Shown here in pieces: positions 38,641 to 50,639 of a stretch of DNA of 64,000 nucleotides. Within the stretch, counting starts at the first letter, position 1; each line of letters opens with the position of its first letter. A program made the position numbers and the translations under genes. The stretch covers positions 102,426,001-102,490,000 of the forward strand of contig NC_058373.1 of NCBI RefSeq assembly GCF_018350175.1. Reading direction: 5' to 3'. The notes under the pieces were generated by a model. That model ran no database searches. It was not told the origin of the DNA and worked only from the letters and a program-made list of their open reading frames with translations. The DNA comes from Felis catus. Taxonomy: Eukaryota.

Positions 38641-39015
38641 TAATTATTTGTTTCATGGTTTTTTTTGTTTGATTTTAAATTTTGATCTTGTATCTGGTAA
38701 GTTTTTGAGCTATGAGACCAAGTAACTTTTAATTTGATTAGTAACATGAAAGCCCATAACATGTAGCTTGGAAGCAGTGACAGATTTTTGTCTCTTCCCT
38801 TTGAATATGTTAGTGGCATGTTTGTTTGTTTTTGTAATGTGATGGCTGGCATCTTTGTTTTATTCCTGAATATAGGAGGGGAATGTTTTAAATATTTTGT
38901 TATTAAGTATGCTGTTTCATATAAATTTCTGTTAGTTTCCTTTTATTAAGGTCAAGTTTTCCTAGTTTGGTAAGAATTTTTTTGAAAATCAGGAATAGGT
39001 GCTGAGTATTCTTCC

Positions 39016-39422
39016 TTTTTTTTTTTTTTTTTTTTAAATGTTTGTTTGGGGCACCTGGGTGGCGCAGTCAGTTAAGCGTCCGACTTCAGCCAGGTCATGA
39101 TCTCGCGGTCCGGGAGTTCGAGCCCCGCGTCAGGCTCTGGGCTGATGGCTTGGAGCCTGGAGCCTGTTTCCGATTCTGTGTCTCCCTCTCTCTCTGCCCC
39201 TCCCCCATTCATGCTCTGTCTCTCTCTGTCCCAAAAATAAATAAACGTTGGAAAAAAAAATGTTTGTTTATTTTGAGAGAAAAAGAGAGCATGCACAAGC
39301 AGGGGAAGGATGGAGAGAGAAGAGAGAGAGATGCGGGGCTCAAACTCCCGAAGCATGAGATCATGCCCCTGGGCCAGAAGCAAGAATCGGACACTTAGCT
39401 GACTGAGCCACCTAGGTGCCCC
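39016..39422 (-). mobile_element. SINEC whose tail is interrupted by a younger SINE
   Basis: Poly-T at 39016-39035; body at 39270-39422. Confidence 0.85.
39048..39257 (+). mobile_element. Young SINEC_Fc
   Basis: CpG-rich; TSD aaatgtttgttt at 39036-39047 and 39258-39269. Confidence 0.95.
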
Positions 39423-40661
39423 TGAGTGTGACTTTTAAGAATTTATTGAGATATAATTTCTTTCCTTTAACTGTTAGTGTTTCAGAAGCATTGTTCTTAC
39501 CCTACTTGGTTGATAACTTGTTACTTGAGTGGATTTTTCTTCCCTCCCAGACTGTTGGTTCGTCACACATACACAAAACACACTAGCAGGAGACTAATAG
39601 GAGACTAAATGCTGGTGAGAAAACTAATATATATTGTGTATGTGCGACCAATCTGAAAACCAGTCTAAGAACTCTATTCTGGAAAAGCTGTAGTGCCAGG
39701 TTCAACAATGATGCAGAGCTGTACGTGTTAGGATGTAGGTCAACATGTTTCTTTTCTTCAGTCCTCTTATTTCCTTCATTTTTTTCCTGTGAACTAAACA
39801 ATTTAAAATCTTGTTATTCAGAATAAAGTAACACACTCCTTTAAGTGTTTATAAATATACTCCATAATTGGTTCTGCTGCTCCTCCCACCTTGTTCCTGA
39901 TAAAAAACAATGCTACAGAATGCTTTGAATTTTCAGCAAGTGGCAAATTACCTCTGTTCACAGGGTGTTCATCACCATAGTAACAAGGAGCCAACTCGTT
40001 CTTGAAGTGGGGCAGGATGCTGGTCCATTGCTTTTCAGAAGGACCTAAGACAATCCAAATACTTTTGTAGACTAGACACCAGGCCTGCTTAAGGTGTGTC
40101 TAAACATCCTCAGTATACACAAGTCGCAGATGACATAGTTTATAGAAGAAGTAAAATCCCTAGTTGAGGTTCTGTCACATCACGGAGACTCCAAAACAAA
40201 CCCAGATGGATTTTACTTTCTGCCTAAGAATAATCAAATAGCTTCCTATTAAAAGCTCATCAATTCATAATCCCCCCACATTGAAGACAGCTGGTAGTGA
40301 AGGTCAGGAGGACGAGGGAATTGAATGAGGCAAAGGTAAAAAGTGATTTTTAGGTTTGGCCAAATAGTGTGGGTTTGGGTCACAGGTAATCTTTGGTGTA
40401 AATAGGCATGCTTAGATTTTGAAGTGCATGGTGTTAGATCTTGCTATGAGACAAGGTTGTTTGGAACTTAAATCTCAGAGATTTTCCTTAAATGTGTTTA
40501 AAGCTGTATTTAAAGCTAAGTCCTGGGGAGAAGGTTGGTGGAAAGAGAAAAAGAATATATTAGGATTTGTTGTCTGAAACACCTACTATGATTTTAGAGG
40601 ATGTCAACAATAAAACTAAATTTTCAGGTAGCTAGTAAAATATAGAGGACTATGTAATCTT

Positions 40662-40880
40662 TAAAAAAATTTTAATGTTTATTTATTTTTGAGAGCGAGA
40701 GAGCAGGAACAGGGCAAGGGCAGAGAGAGATTGGGAGACACAGAATCTGAAATGGGCTCCAGGCTGTGAACTGTCAGCACGGAGCCCAATGTGGGGCTTG
40801 AACCCTTTAACTGTGAGATCATGAGATCATGACCTGGGCTGAAGTCAGATGCTTAATTGACTGAGCCACCCAGGTGCCCC
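40662..40880 (-). mobile_element. SINEC_Fc-type SINE
   Basis: Consensus; tgagatca duplicated internally. Confidence 0.9.
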
Positions 40881-40969
40881 CCCAAGTGATGCCATTTTGG
40901 GCCTGTGGTTTTCTTTTTAACAAGGGTGTGGCACAGAAAAAAATATGATGAGCTTTTCTTTTTCTTTAT

Positions 40970-41780
40970 AGGATTATACTGGTTGCTGAGTTTGAGAGTA
41001 GACCGTATGGAGAGCAAGAATAGAATTCAAAGACTAATGGGAGACTAATGCAGGTGAGAAATTGTGGTTAGAACAAGAGTATTAGCAGTGGAGGTGGTGA
41101 ATGGCACAAGCTGACTCTTGAACAACATGGGTTTGAACTGCTTGGGTCCACTTACATGGATTTTTTTATAGTACAGTACTGTAGATGTATTTTCCTTATG
41201 CTTTTTTTCATATTTTCTTTTCTCTAGCTTTATTGTAGGAATGCAGAATATAATGCATGTAACATACAAAGTATGTGCTAAACAACTGTTTATGTTATCA
41301 GTAAGGCTTCCAGTCAGTAGTAGGCTATTAAGTTTTGTGGGAGTCAGAACTTATAATTCGGATTTTTGACTGCATAGGGATGGGGAGGTGTCTGTGCCCC
41401 TAATCCCCGCTGTTGTTCAAGGGTCAGATGTAGTTGGATTCTGAGTATATTTTGAAGGTAGAGCCAATGGGAATTCCTGATGTGGTTTGTGAGGGAAAAA
41501 GGGGGTCAAGGATGACTCAAAGTTTTTGGCTTTGGAAATTGGAAAGATGGGTTTGTTGATTACTAAAATGGGGAAGATTTTGTGAGGGTGGTGGTGGAAC
41601 ATGCACAGGGAGTCAGGATTTTGATTTTGGACATGTTGAGTTTGAGATGCTTGCTAGCTTATTAGACATCTAGGTGGAGATTTTGAATCGTCAATGTATA
41701 AACCTGGAGTCCTGGAGACAGGTTTGGGTGGCCACTTGGTATAGCATGTAAGTTGAATTTAGAGCCATTAGACTTGGGTG
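40970..41780 (-). mobile_element. L2 fragment split by a Tigger element
   Basis: tatattttgaaggtagagccaa...gtcaaggatgactc..agtttttggc...ttttggacatgttgagtttgagatgc. Confidence 0.8.
41107..41430. mobile_element. Tigger2a-like TcMar DNA transposon
   Basis: TIRs ctgactcttgaacaaca / tgttgttcaagggtcag followed by TA. Confidence 0.85.
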
Positions 41781-42267
41781 GAGCATTTAGCCAGTTCCCA
41801 GTCTAGACTATCTGAGGAGCCTGGGATGTCTCCGTGAACTCACGCATGTTGCTGCAATGTATCTGAAAATTTCCAGGAAAACAGTACGGTTGGTATGTAT
41901 CCTTGACATGTTTTTTTAAAAAAATTTTTGCTAAAATGTTTGAGATGTGTGCTTGTGTTTTTTATATTTCTATACAGCTGGGATAAGCTGAGTGCAGTTT
42001 TGAATGTACATTCAGTGTTTCTCACAGTAGAAATCATACATAAGCAAACACAAAATTCACATTCTATTCAAGTTGTTCCCCCAATATATCTGTCAGTCCC
42101 ATATAGCAGAATTGATTGTACTTAATTAAAAGTTCCTGGAGGTGGGGATGGGAGATTGAGGGGGTGGGGATAAGAATCTGCCATGAAAACTAGAGAATCA
42201 TTGCTTGGAGGCCCAGGAAGGGTCTGAGGGAGATTTGAGAAAATGTCTTTGAAAAGCAGTTTATTTT

Positions 42268-42357
42268 GGGGGCTCCTGGGTGGCTCAGTCATTTGCACAT
42301 CTGACTCTTTGGGTTTCAGCTTAGGTGTTGATTATAGGTCATGGGATTGAGCCCCAC
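42268..42357 (+). mobile_element. SINEC 5' half
   Basis: Head ends abruptly at gagccccac. Confidence 0.8.
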
Positions 42358-42359
42358 AA

Positions 42360-42563
42360 GAGAGGGAGAGAGAAAGAGAGAGTGCATGCATGAGTGAGGG
42401 AGAGGGGCAGAAGAGAGGGGGAGGAGAGAATCCCAAGCATGCTCCATGCCCAGGGCGGAGCCCAACTTGGGGTTCATCCCACCCTGATCCCATGCTGTGG
42501 GATCATAACCCAAGCCAAAATCAAGAGTTGGATGCTTAACAGACTGAGCCACCCAGGCACCCC
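42360..42563 (-). mobile_element. SINEC lacking its A tail
   Basis: Consensus head and body. Confidence 0.85.
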
Positions 42564-42718
42564 AGGTTCTTCTCTTTGAAGGGAGTATACTATTCAGCTT
42601 TGAGATATGGAGACTCAGAAAATTAGGAAGAGCTGGGTAGTAATAGATGCAGTGAGACATCCTTAGAAGGAACTTTGTGGTTTAGTAAGTGAGCAGCTAG
42701 AGAGATTAGAACAGTTAA

Positions 42719-43723
42719 GGGAATTAGCTGAAGATCAGAAGAGTATGAATACCTAGAAGTTAAAATCCATTTGGTTATATCAGCTGAAGAAAGTAACTAA
42801 AGTTGATTAGGCTTTAAGGAGGAGCTTAAAAAATGTTTAAGCCATGTTTGTTGTGCCTTTAGGAAAGTGTAGGTAAGGGTGCTGAATCTTCTTGTATTGA
42901 GCAAGTTCTTTGGTTCTTAAGGGGATTATAATCAGTTGTGGGTCAAAAACTGTAAGATTCATCATAGCTTGGTTGAATTCTTTCTTAGGTTATTCTTCTT
43001 TCTTTGCTTTTTTTCATATGTAACCCAAACCTTCTGGTTTAATAATGTTGATACCAGGAGAGGAGACAATATGAATGGAGAACTTAGGTATTCCAGTTTC
43101 TGAAATTGGAATTTTGATTTCCATTATGACTTAATAAATTTACGTGAATTTTTAGTATAAGCTAGCCTTTGGAACCCTGTCAGCTTAAGAACTGAATGAT
43201 AAAAGTGTGTTTTCTGGTCCTCCATCAATGTATGAACACATGGGTAGGTGGTCATCTCATGATTCTTTGATTCTCAGACTTTGTATTTCCCACAGTAAGG
43301 AAGTTCTGTTCAAGAAACCAAATAAACATTACACTTTCTTTGTTTTTGTTTTGTTTTGAGCATGAAATAACAGGATTGGGTAATTTTTTTTTAATTAAAA
43401 AAATTTTTTAAGTTTATTTTGAGAGAGAGTGAGAGGCGGAAGGGCAGAGAGAGGAGAGAATCATCCAAGCTGTGATGAATCTTGATGTACAGTTTTTGAC
43501 CCACAACTGATTATAATCCCCTTAAGAACCAAAGAACTTGCTCAATACAAGAGGATTCAGCACCCCTACCTACACTTTCCTAAAGGCACAACAAACATGG
43601 CTTAAAAATTTTTTAAACTCCTCCTTAAAGCCTAATCAACTTTAGTTACTTTCTTCAGCTGATATAACCAAATGGATTTTAACTTCCTAGGTATTCATAC
43701 TCTTTTGATCTTCACCTAATTCC
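42719..43723. repeat. Inverted duplication, arms 42719-42972 and 43465-43723
   Basis: The reverse complement of 43465-43723 matches 42719-42972 with about 7 substitutions and 2 small indels by eye. Confidence 0.95.
43384..43462 (-). mobile_element. SINEC 3' end only
   Basis: Poly-T, agtttattttgagagagag...gggcagagagaggagagaatc, then non-SINE sequence. Confidence 0.85.
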
Positions 43724-44918
43724 TTGTGCAACTTTTTTTTTAAGGGGTATTTGGGAATTAAAGTACTTGTTTAAGACCAAAAAGAAAATTTCACAATAAT
43801 TTGTTTTTTCTGATAAAATTTGCCTCTTGAGCCTTCCCATTGCCTATTTTTCTAGGTTCTTGCTAGGAAAAATGTTAATTTCAGTACTACTTTTCTTTAC
43901 CTTATGGCTGGCCTTTGTTTTCATGTTAAGTTCAAAGATCGTGTTTTTCCTGTTGGATTTGCCTGTTTTTTGTTCCTCTTCTGATGTTTCTCTTTTCCCC
44001 TTGCCATCTTCCCAAATGAGAACCTGTAGAAGGCATTTATCTGTAGTTTTGATTTGTGTGTTTCCTGTAATCGTGCAAGCAACTTATAGCTGAGTTGCCT
44101 CGGATAGCCATGACATCACTTTTCTCTTTATATCAAATTTAGTTTTAGTGATAAAAACTTAGGAAATACTATACACTTATGCTAACAGTGAGTGACATAA
44201 ATAATAATCTCTTGATTTTTATATTGCCTTTCCCTTATATTGTCTTAAACTCACTTTTAAGGCTTTTTGTATGTGTTTCCATAAATCTTCTAAGATTTGC
44301 TTCAAATCTAGGGTATTTCAGGAATGGTTTGTGCACAAAGCAGGATCAGATTCATTTCCTAAAAGACTTTGCTTTATGTGACATTGTGTTTCAATTATCC
44401 TGATGTTCGTATTCCATTTCTAGATTTGTCATAGAAAAGGGCACTCATATTCTTTCTAATGAGTTTTATTTACTAAAAAAAATTGTTTCATGATATGGTT
44501 GACTGTAAAATAGCTTTCCAAAATCTTATGCTTTAGATATATTTTTTATATATGACATATATGCTCCATACTTCCTTTTCTTTCCATAAAGACCTTTCAT
44601 GTACCATATGCTTTATTAGTCTGCTTCCCAGCTAGAATGTATATCTGATGAAGACGAATACTTTTATATTTAGCTCACTGCTGTATCGCTAATCTTTGGA
44701 AGAGTGCCTGGTAAATAGTAGATGCTTAGTAAATACTGAGTGAAGAAAAGATCTAGTTGGTACCTTCGCTCACAAACTGTGAGATTTGAATAGGAGTAAC
44801 GATTGCTTGAATGTTCAAATTAGAGGCTGGAAATTATTTTATACTTGTGAAACGGAAGAAAATTCCCAAAGGTAGGAAAGGCCTGGTCTCTTTAGGCCCC
44901 CCCACAGGATAGTTGCAA

Positions 44919-45030
44919 TTTATTGTTTTTTAATTTTTTTAATTAAGACTCTATACCCAACATGAAGCTTGACCTCACATCCTGAGAACAAGAGTCTCAT
45001 ATTCTAAGGAATGAGCCAGCCAGGTGTCCC
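44919..45030 (-). mobile_element. Short (old-type) SINEC
   Basis: TSD agttgcaattt. Confidence 0.75.
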
Positions 45031-45273
45031 AGTAGTTGCAATTTGAGTGTAATGCTAGTGTTGCAGATTTAGATGAGAGTGGGTCCAAAAATCTCTACCA
45101 TCTGTGTAGTTTTAATCAAATCTCTGTGGTATGCACTTATATTATAAATATATTAATAGTTTTTCCTGTGCTGCTCTCATCTTCTCCCGCACTAAATAAT
45201 TTCTGGTCTGGAGTATTATTTTGTAAATTTGAGTAACATGTGAATCATCTAAAGGAAGAAATTCATTAAGACC

Positions 45274-45502
45274 CTTTTTTTTAAACTTTTTTTTTTTTTT
45301 TAACGTTTATTTATTTTTGAGACAGAGAGAGACAGAGCATGAATGGGGGAGGGTCAGAGAGAGGGAGACGCAGAATCTGAAACAGGCTCCAGGCTCTGAG
45401 CTGTCAGCACAGAGCCCGACGCGGGGCTCAAACTCACGGACCGCGAGATCATGACCTGAGCCGAAGTCGGCCGCTTAACCGACTGAGCCACCCAGGTGTC
45501 CC
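45274..45502 (-). mobile_element. SINEC_Fc-type SINE (fairly young)
   Basis: CpG-rich; TSD aagaccctt. Confidence 0.94.
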
Positions 45503-45786
45503 AAGACCCTTTAATATCAATAGAATTAAAACATTTTTACGTTGCATTGTTATGTAGTTAAATATGTATGAACAAAACTAGTAAACCCTGTATGCTTCTA
45601 GTTCTTATACAACTGTAAACTATTTAATATACTTTATACTTTATTAATATACTTCAATATGCTATTTAGTTTCATATTATTTTGATACTATTTTGAATAA
45701 AGTTTGAAAAACTAAATTGATGCTTACAGTATAAGTGCTGCCATTCACTCTGCAAATTCTGTTGTGTTTGTCACATTAAAAAAAAA

Positions 45787-45997
45787 TTTTTTTTTAATGT
45801 TTATTTATTTTTGAGAGAGACAGAGACAGAATGTGAGTGGGTTGGGGCAGAGAGAGAGGGAGACACAGAATCCGAAGCAGGCTCCAGGCTCTGAGCTGTC
45901 AGCACAGAGCCTGACGTGGGCCTGGAACTCACAAGCTGTGGGATCATGACTTGAACTAAAGTCAGATGCTCAATCAACTGAGCCCCCCAGGCGCCCC
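45787..45997 (-). mobile_element. SINEC_Fc-type SINE
   Basis: TSD gtgtttgtcacatt. Confidence 0.92.
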
Positions 45998-46606
45998 GTG
46001 TTTGTCACATTTTAAAGATACTGTGATAACTCATCTTCTCTACTTTTTTACATTTGAGCTGCTGCTGAAACCTTTGTTCATTGTTTGGCTTTCATTTTTC
46101 CTTCATTAAATCAGGGTTTCAGGCACCTTGGAGCATGTCTGTAGGTGTTCAATAATTATTTTCCACATGAATTCAGGAACTGAAGAACTTCCTATTTGAT
46201 TATCCTTGGGTATTTAATATTTTTCTCACCTATACATCCCACTCAGAGTAGAAGTAAGAATTATAGTAAATGTTATTCTCCTTGAGGGCGTTGTTATATG
46301 AAACACTGAATGACTGATGTAAAGGATCTGCCTCTGCATGAAATTAGGTCTAGCACTGTCACCTGTCTGTAAGATCCCAGGTAATGCAGGTTAGCTTCTG
46401 GTTTGCTTCTGGGTAATGTTTGGTTCTTTGCTAATCACTGTAGAAGGCTTCTTGGATACAAAGCTCTTTCTCAGATTGCCTTTTACTATGCTTTCTAAAA
46501 GTTGGAAATGTTTAATACATGATGGGACTAAGTGTCAGTTCCTGAAGTAACATATATTGTAAAGTGTTTTCATAAGGAGAACTTGGTGTACCTCTTTGTT
46601 TGAATC

Positions 46607-46610
46607 TTAT

Positions 46611-46656
<46 letters not shown>

Positions 46657-46790
46657 GCTGAGGGAGAGAAAGAGAGAGAACTTCAAGCAGGCTCCATGCC
46701 CAGTGTGGAGCCTAAGGCAGGCCATGAGATCATGACCTGAGCCCAAACCAGTAGTCAGATCCTTAACCTACTGAGCCACCTAGGTGCCCC
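46607..46790 (-). mobile_element. SINEC with (GA)n
   Basis: Consensus with an internal deletion. Confidence 0.85.
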
Positions 46791-49325
46791 TTAATCTTTT
46801 ATAACTTAAAATGTAGTGTTTTGAGCTTGTAGTGTATCAGAAAATGTTGACCTTTGAAGTTATGGCTACATCCCTACTTGATCTTGAGCAGGTTTCAGTT
46901 TTTGAGCTTTTATCTCCTTTCGGCACAATGGTTGCAGACTTCAATACAAAAACATTAAGGTTATATATAGGTTTGTGGTGACATGAGCATGGGGGAATAG
47001 GCATATGGAGACTGGGGAGGAAAGAAAGAAGGAGCAGCTGATACCTTTGTACACAACCAAGATGCAAATGATCTGAGGAACAGAAAGAGGGCAGATGAGA
47101 TGTTTGCAAAAGTGCTTTGTAGATACAAAACATTTCTTACAGCTCAGGTGCTGGTATGTTTAGGGAAGATACTTGTTTTATTTTTCCAGTGGCTACAGGT
47201 TATTAGCTTATAAGACCACCTTTCCTAGGGAGTAGGATCCTGCTTAGAGGCTGACAAGAGACCCACAAGTCACAAATTCCAGCAGTTTGTGAATTATGAT
47301 TGGTTACTTTATTCGTACTAATAGTCTGTTTCTAGAAGATTGGCAGTATGAGAGGAATAGGCTTATTGGTAGAAATTTGGGGGTGATGTAGTTTTGTATC
47401 ATTTCTTAACTCTTAGTGTGTTTGGCTTTGCTGTTTGGTATGTACAGTTTTGCCACCTATTAACCCAGCAGTGAAATCTGATCTTGGTATCAGGTTCTCC
47501 TTTGTGGTTTGGTTTATTAATAATTGAAGTACCTAAGGGTTCTGGGTGTGAACTCTGCATACTTTGTAATTGATTTAGAAAGAACCAGGGAAGTTAAGAT
47601 TTTCTATTAAAGTAATTAATAAAGCATTGTGGCTTTGAAATAAATATATATAACTGTTACACCAGAATGACCAAAACATGATAATAGGACCCAGTTTGTG
47701 TTTTTATTGCCCTTAAAGATGAAAGTATTTTTAAACTTCTTGGTGCCCTTTTCCTTTCTAGTTTGGGTGTGTAGGAGTCTGTTTATCAGAAATATTTTAG
47801 CACTGATGTTGGTTTGGCATTAAAAAAAAATCTATGTAAACATGACCCTGGACAGCTGTGTTTAATATAGTAAAGAACCATGGGGAGACTTTACAGTATT
47901 TCTTGTTGGGACTTCATGTCTGTATATTTTAGTATTTAAAGGATGTGGTTTGGGGCTTTGAAAATGAGAAGGATGTTGCCTAACTCATAGCTGAATGTCT
48001 GCTTATCTAGATTGTTCTGTCGTGGAGGTTATTAGCAACGTGAAAGTTGTTTTTACTCTACTTAAACTGACAGTATTAAGTTGGAAAACTTTTGTGGAAG
48101 TGTTTGCACATGGCTGGTGAGTAGGATTTTCTTTAAAATCTGGCATTGCATAGAAATTTTTAGGTAACTAGGGTGCTGGAAAAAAGTGGCTACTCAAGCC
48201 AAACTGTGTTTTGCTTTGCAGAAAAGTAATGAAGATTAAAAGTGACCATGACATGGAGAGCATCTCCACTTCTTCCACCTCCCATCACTGAGCTGGCAGT
48301 GCACTAGGCCAGGAAGTGGTGGGTGGAGTTGTTTAGTTGTATCAACTTCCTGGTCTGCCCAAGTATCGATTAGTCAGGCACTCCCATGTTCCATTTAAAA
48401 GATGGTTGCTGATCTTTTAAAAGAAAGATTTCCATTAAATCCTTAGGTTTGACATTGATTCACTCTAATGAACACTTGCCAGGTGCAAGGAAGGCCCTGT
48501 GCTACATGCTCTGTGAGAGCTACAGAAAGGAGTATGATTACTCATACCTTTCAGTTTACAGTACAGTAGGGGAGAGGAAGACAAGATAGACCAAGGTAAG
48601 TGTTCCATGGGAGACATATAGTAGCTATTCCTTAATACTGCTGGGTGAGGGTGGGGCAGTGGATGACACCCAGGCAGGAGGGGCCCAGCTGGGTAAGCAG
48701 TTTCTGTAGTTGTACAATGTACTACAGTAGTAGTACAGTGAGTAAATGATAAAGATGGTAACAGGTAGGGAAGAAAGGTTAAACAGTCCCTGTGACGGTA
48801 AAAGGAAAGATACAAGGAAGAACTAAGACAGGAGCTGTTAATCAGAAGCCTTGAGATTTCCCCTGAATTCTGTGCAGAATAGTTTGTGTGCATGCCCTGG
48901 CCTTTTTTCTTGGGCAGAGGACTTAGACTTTTCCTCAGATTCTGAAGTGTCCGCAGTTCAGGAAAGATTGAGAACCATTGTGTTAAGTTATCAACTTTCG
49001 ATGACAGAGGATATTGAGACTTTATAAGGAAGTCATGGGGTAGAACAGTTTTTCCTTGTGGGAGGTATTGGGGGGATTTGGGTACTGAGTTTATGAAGTT
49101 GTCTCTGGACCAGGGCAGTGATTGCCTTGTCAAACTGGTTTTCCCACCTAGCAAGTCCGGTGGGTCCATTAGTAGATTGCATGACAATGAAGAGTAGGTA
49201 TTTTGAGTCAAAGGAGTTTATTAAGTATTATTTCCCCCTTTATTTGGAGGCCAGATTGATGAAGGTTTGAGAGACTGGGATGCTATTGCAGAATAGTTCC
49301 CGGCGTTTACTTTTCGTGGAGCTCC

Positions 49326-49974
49326 TTTTTTTTTTTTTAATTAATTTTTTAAATTTTATTGTTTTTTAAATTTACATCCAAATTAATTAGCATATAATGC
49401 AACAATGATTTCAGGAGTAGATTCCTTAGTGCTCCTTATCCATTTAGCCCATCGCCCCCTCCCACACCTCCTCCAGTAACCTTCTGTTTGTTCTCCATAT
49501 TTATGAGTCTCTTATGTTTTGTCCCCCTCCCTGTTTTTATATTATTTTTGTTTCCCTTCCCTTATGTTCATCTGTTTTGTCTCTTAAAGCCCTCATATGA
49601 GTGAAGTCATATGATTTTTGTCTTTAATTTCACTCAGCATAATACCCTCCAGTTCCATCCACGTAGTTGCAAGTTGCAAATGGCAAGATTTCATTCTTTT
49701 TGATTGCCAAGTAATACTCCATTGTATATATATACCATATCATCTTTATCCATTTATCCATCGATGGACATTTGGGCTCTTTCCATACTTTGGCTATTGC
49801 AGATAGTGCTGCTATAAACATGGGGGTGCATGTGTCCCTTTGAAACAGTGCACCTGTATCCCTTGGATAAATACCTAGTAGTGCAAATGCTGGGTCGGAG
49901 GGTAGTTCTATTTTTAGTTTTTTGAGGAATCTCCATCCTGTTTTCCAGAGTGGCTGCACCAGCTTGCATTCCCA
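49326..49974 (-). mobile_element. 5'-truncated carnivore/felid L1 (ORF2 C-terminus plus 3'UTR)
   Basis: ORF 49630-49959 ([19 protein letters not shown]...CTPMFIAAL..IAKVWKEPKCPS...WYIYTMEYY.AIKKNEI) is the L1 ORF2 C-terminus; poly-T; degenerate TSD tc(g/a)tgga(g/a)ctc. Confidence 0.95.
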
Positions 49975-50435
49975 TCATGGAACTCTTCTTATGTGTAAAG
50001 TATTCTGTGCTTGATCTCATAGGGGGAATCTATAAAATACCATACAGGGTCCCTGCCCTTAAGGAGTAGATGGTATCTAATGCTTTCCTTTTGGCTTTTT
50101 GTTCAGCCTGGATCTGTGTATGTTCAGTTAATCTTTGAGTCTTTGACCATTTCCTGGGCAAAAGAAACATTTCTTTTAAAATGAACTTGAACTGACTTTG
50201 GTTTGTGACTTAATTTTCCTTTTAAAGAATGGAGAACCACTGGGATTTGAGGGTTTAGGAAATAGAATCATTATTATACTGTACTTGTAATTAGGAAGCC
50301 CTGTACAGCTGATTTGGTGACTTCTGAGCAAATCCTTTGATTCTTCTGACTATTTATTTTTATATCAATATGTGTGTATACACACACAGCTTTGTTTAAA
50401 AATGTTATAAAGCACATTTTAAAAAATGACCTGTC

Positions 50436-50639
50436 GGGGCACCTGGGTGGCTCAGTCAGTTAAGTCGCTGACTCTTAATTTTGGCTCAGGTCATGTTCTC
50501 ATAGTTTCCTGAGTTGGAGCCCTGAGTCGTGCTCTGTGCATTAATCACATGGAACCTGCTTGGGATTCTCCCTCTCTCCATCTCCCTCTGCCTCTCACTT
50601 GCTCACGCTCTCTCTCAAAATAAATACTTAAAAAAAAAA
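50436..50639 (+). mobile_element. SINEC
   Basis: Consensus. Confidence 0.9.

Noticed and set aside
48465..49211. Longest ORF (248 aa, minus strand)
   Set aside because: Non-ATG start and no recognisable domain; it overlaps L2-like (~48455-48600) and MER103-like (~48830-48980) relics, so it is most likely a chance open frame
49630..49959. 109 aa ORF with real protein similarity
   Set aside because: L1 ORF2 C-terminal remnant in a 5'-truncated element; cannot be an autonomous gene
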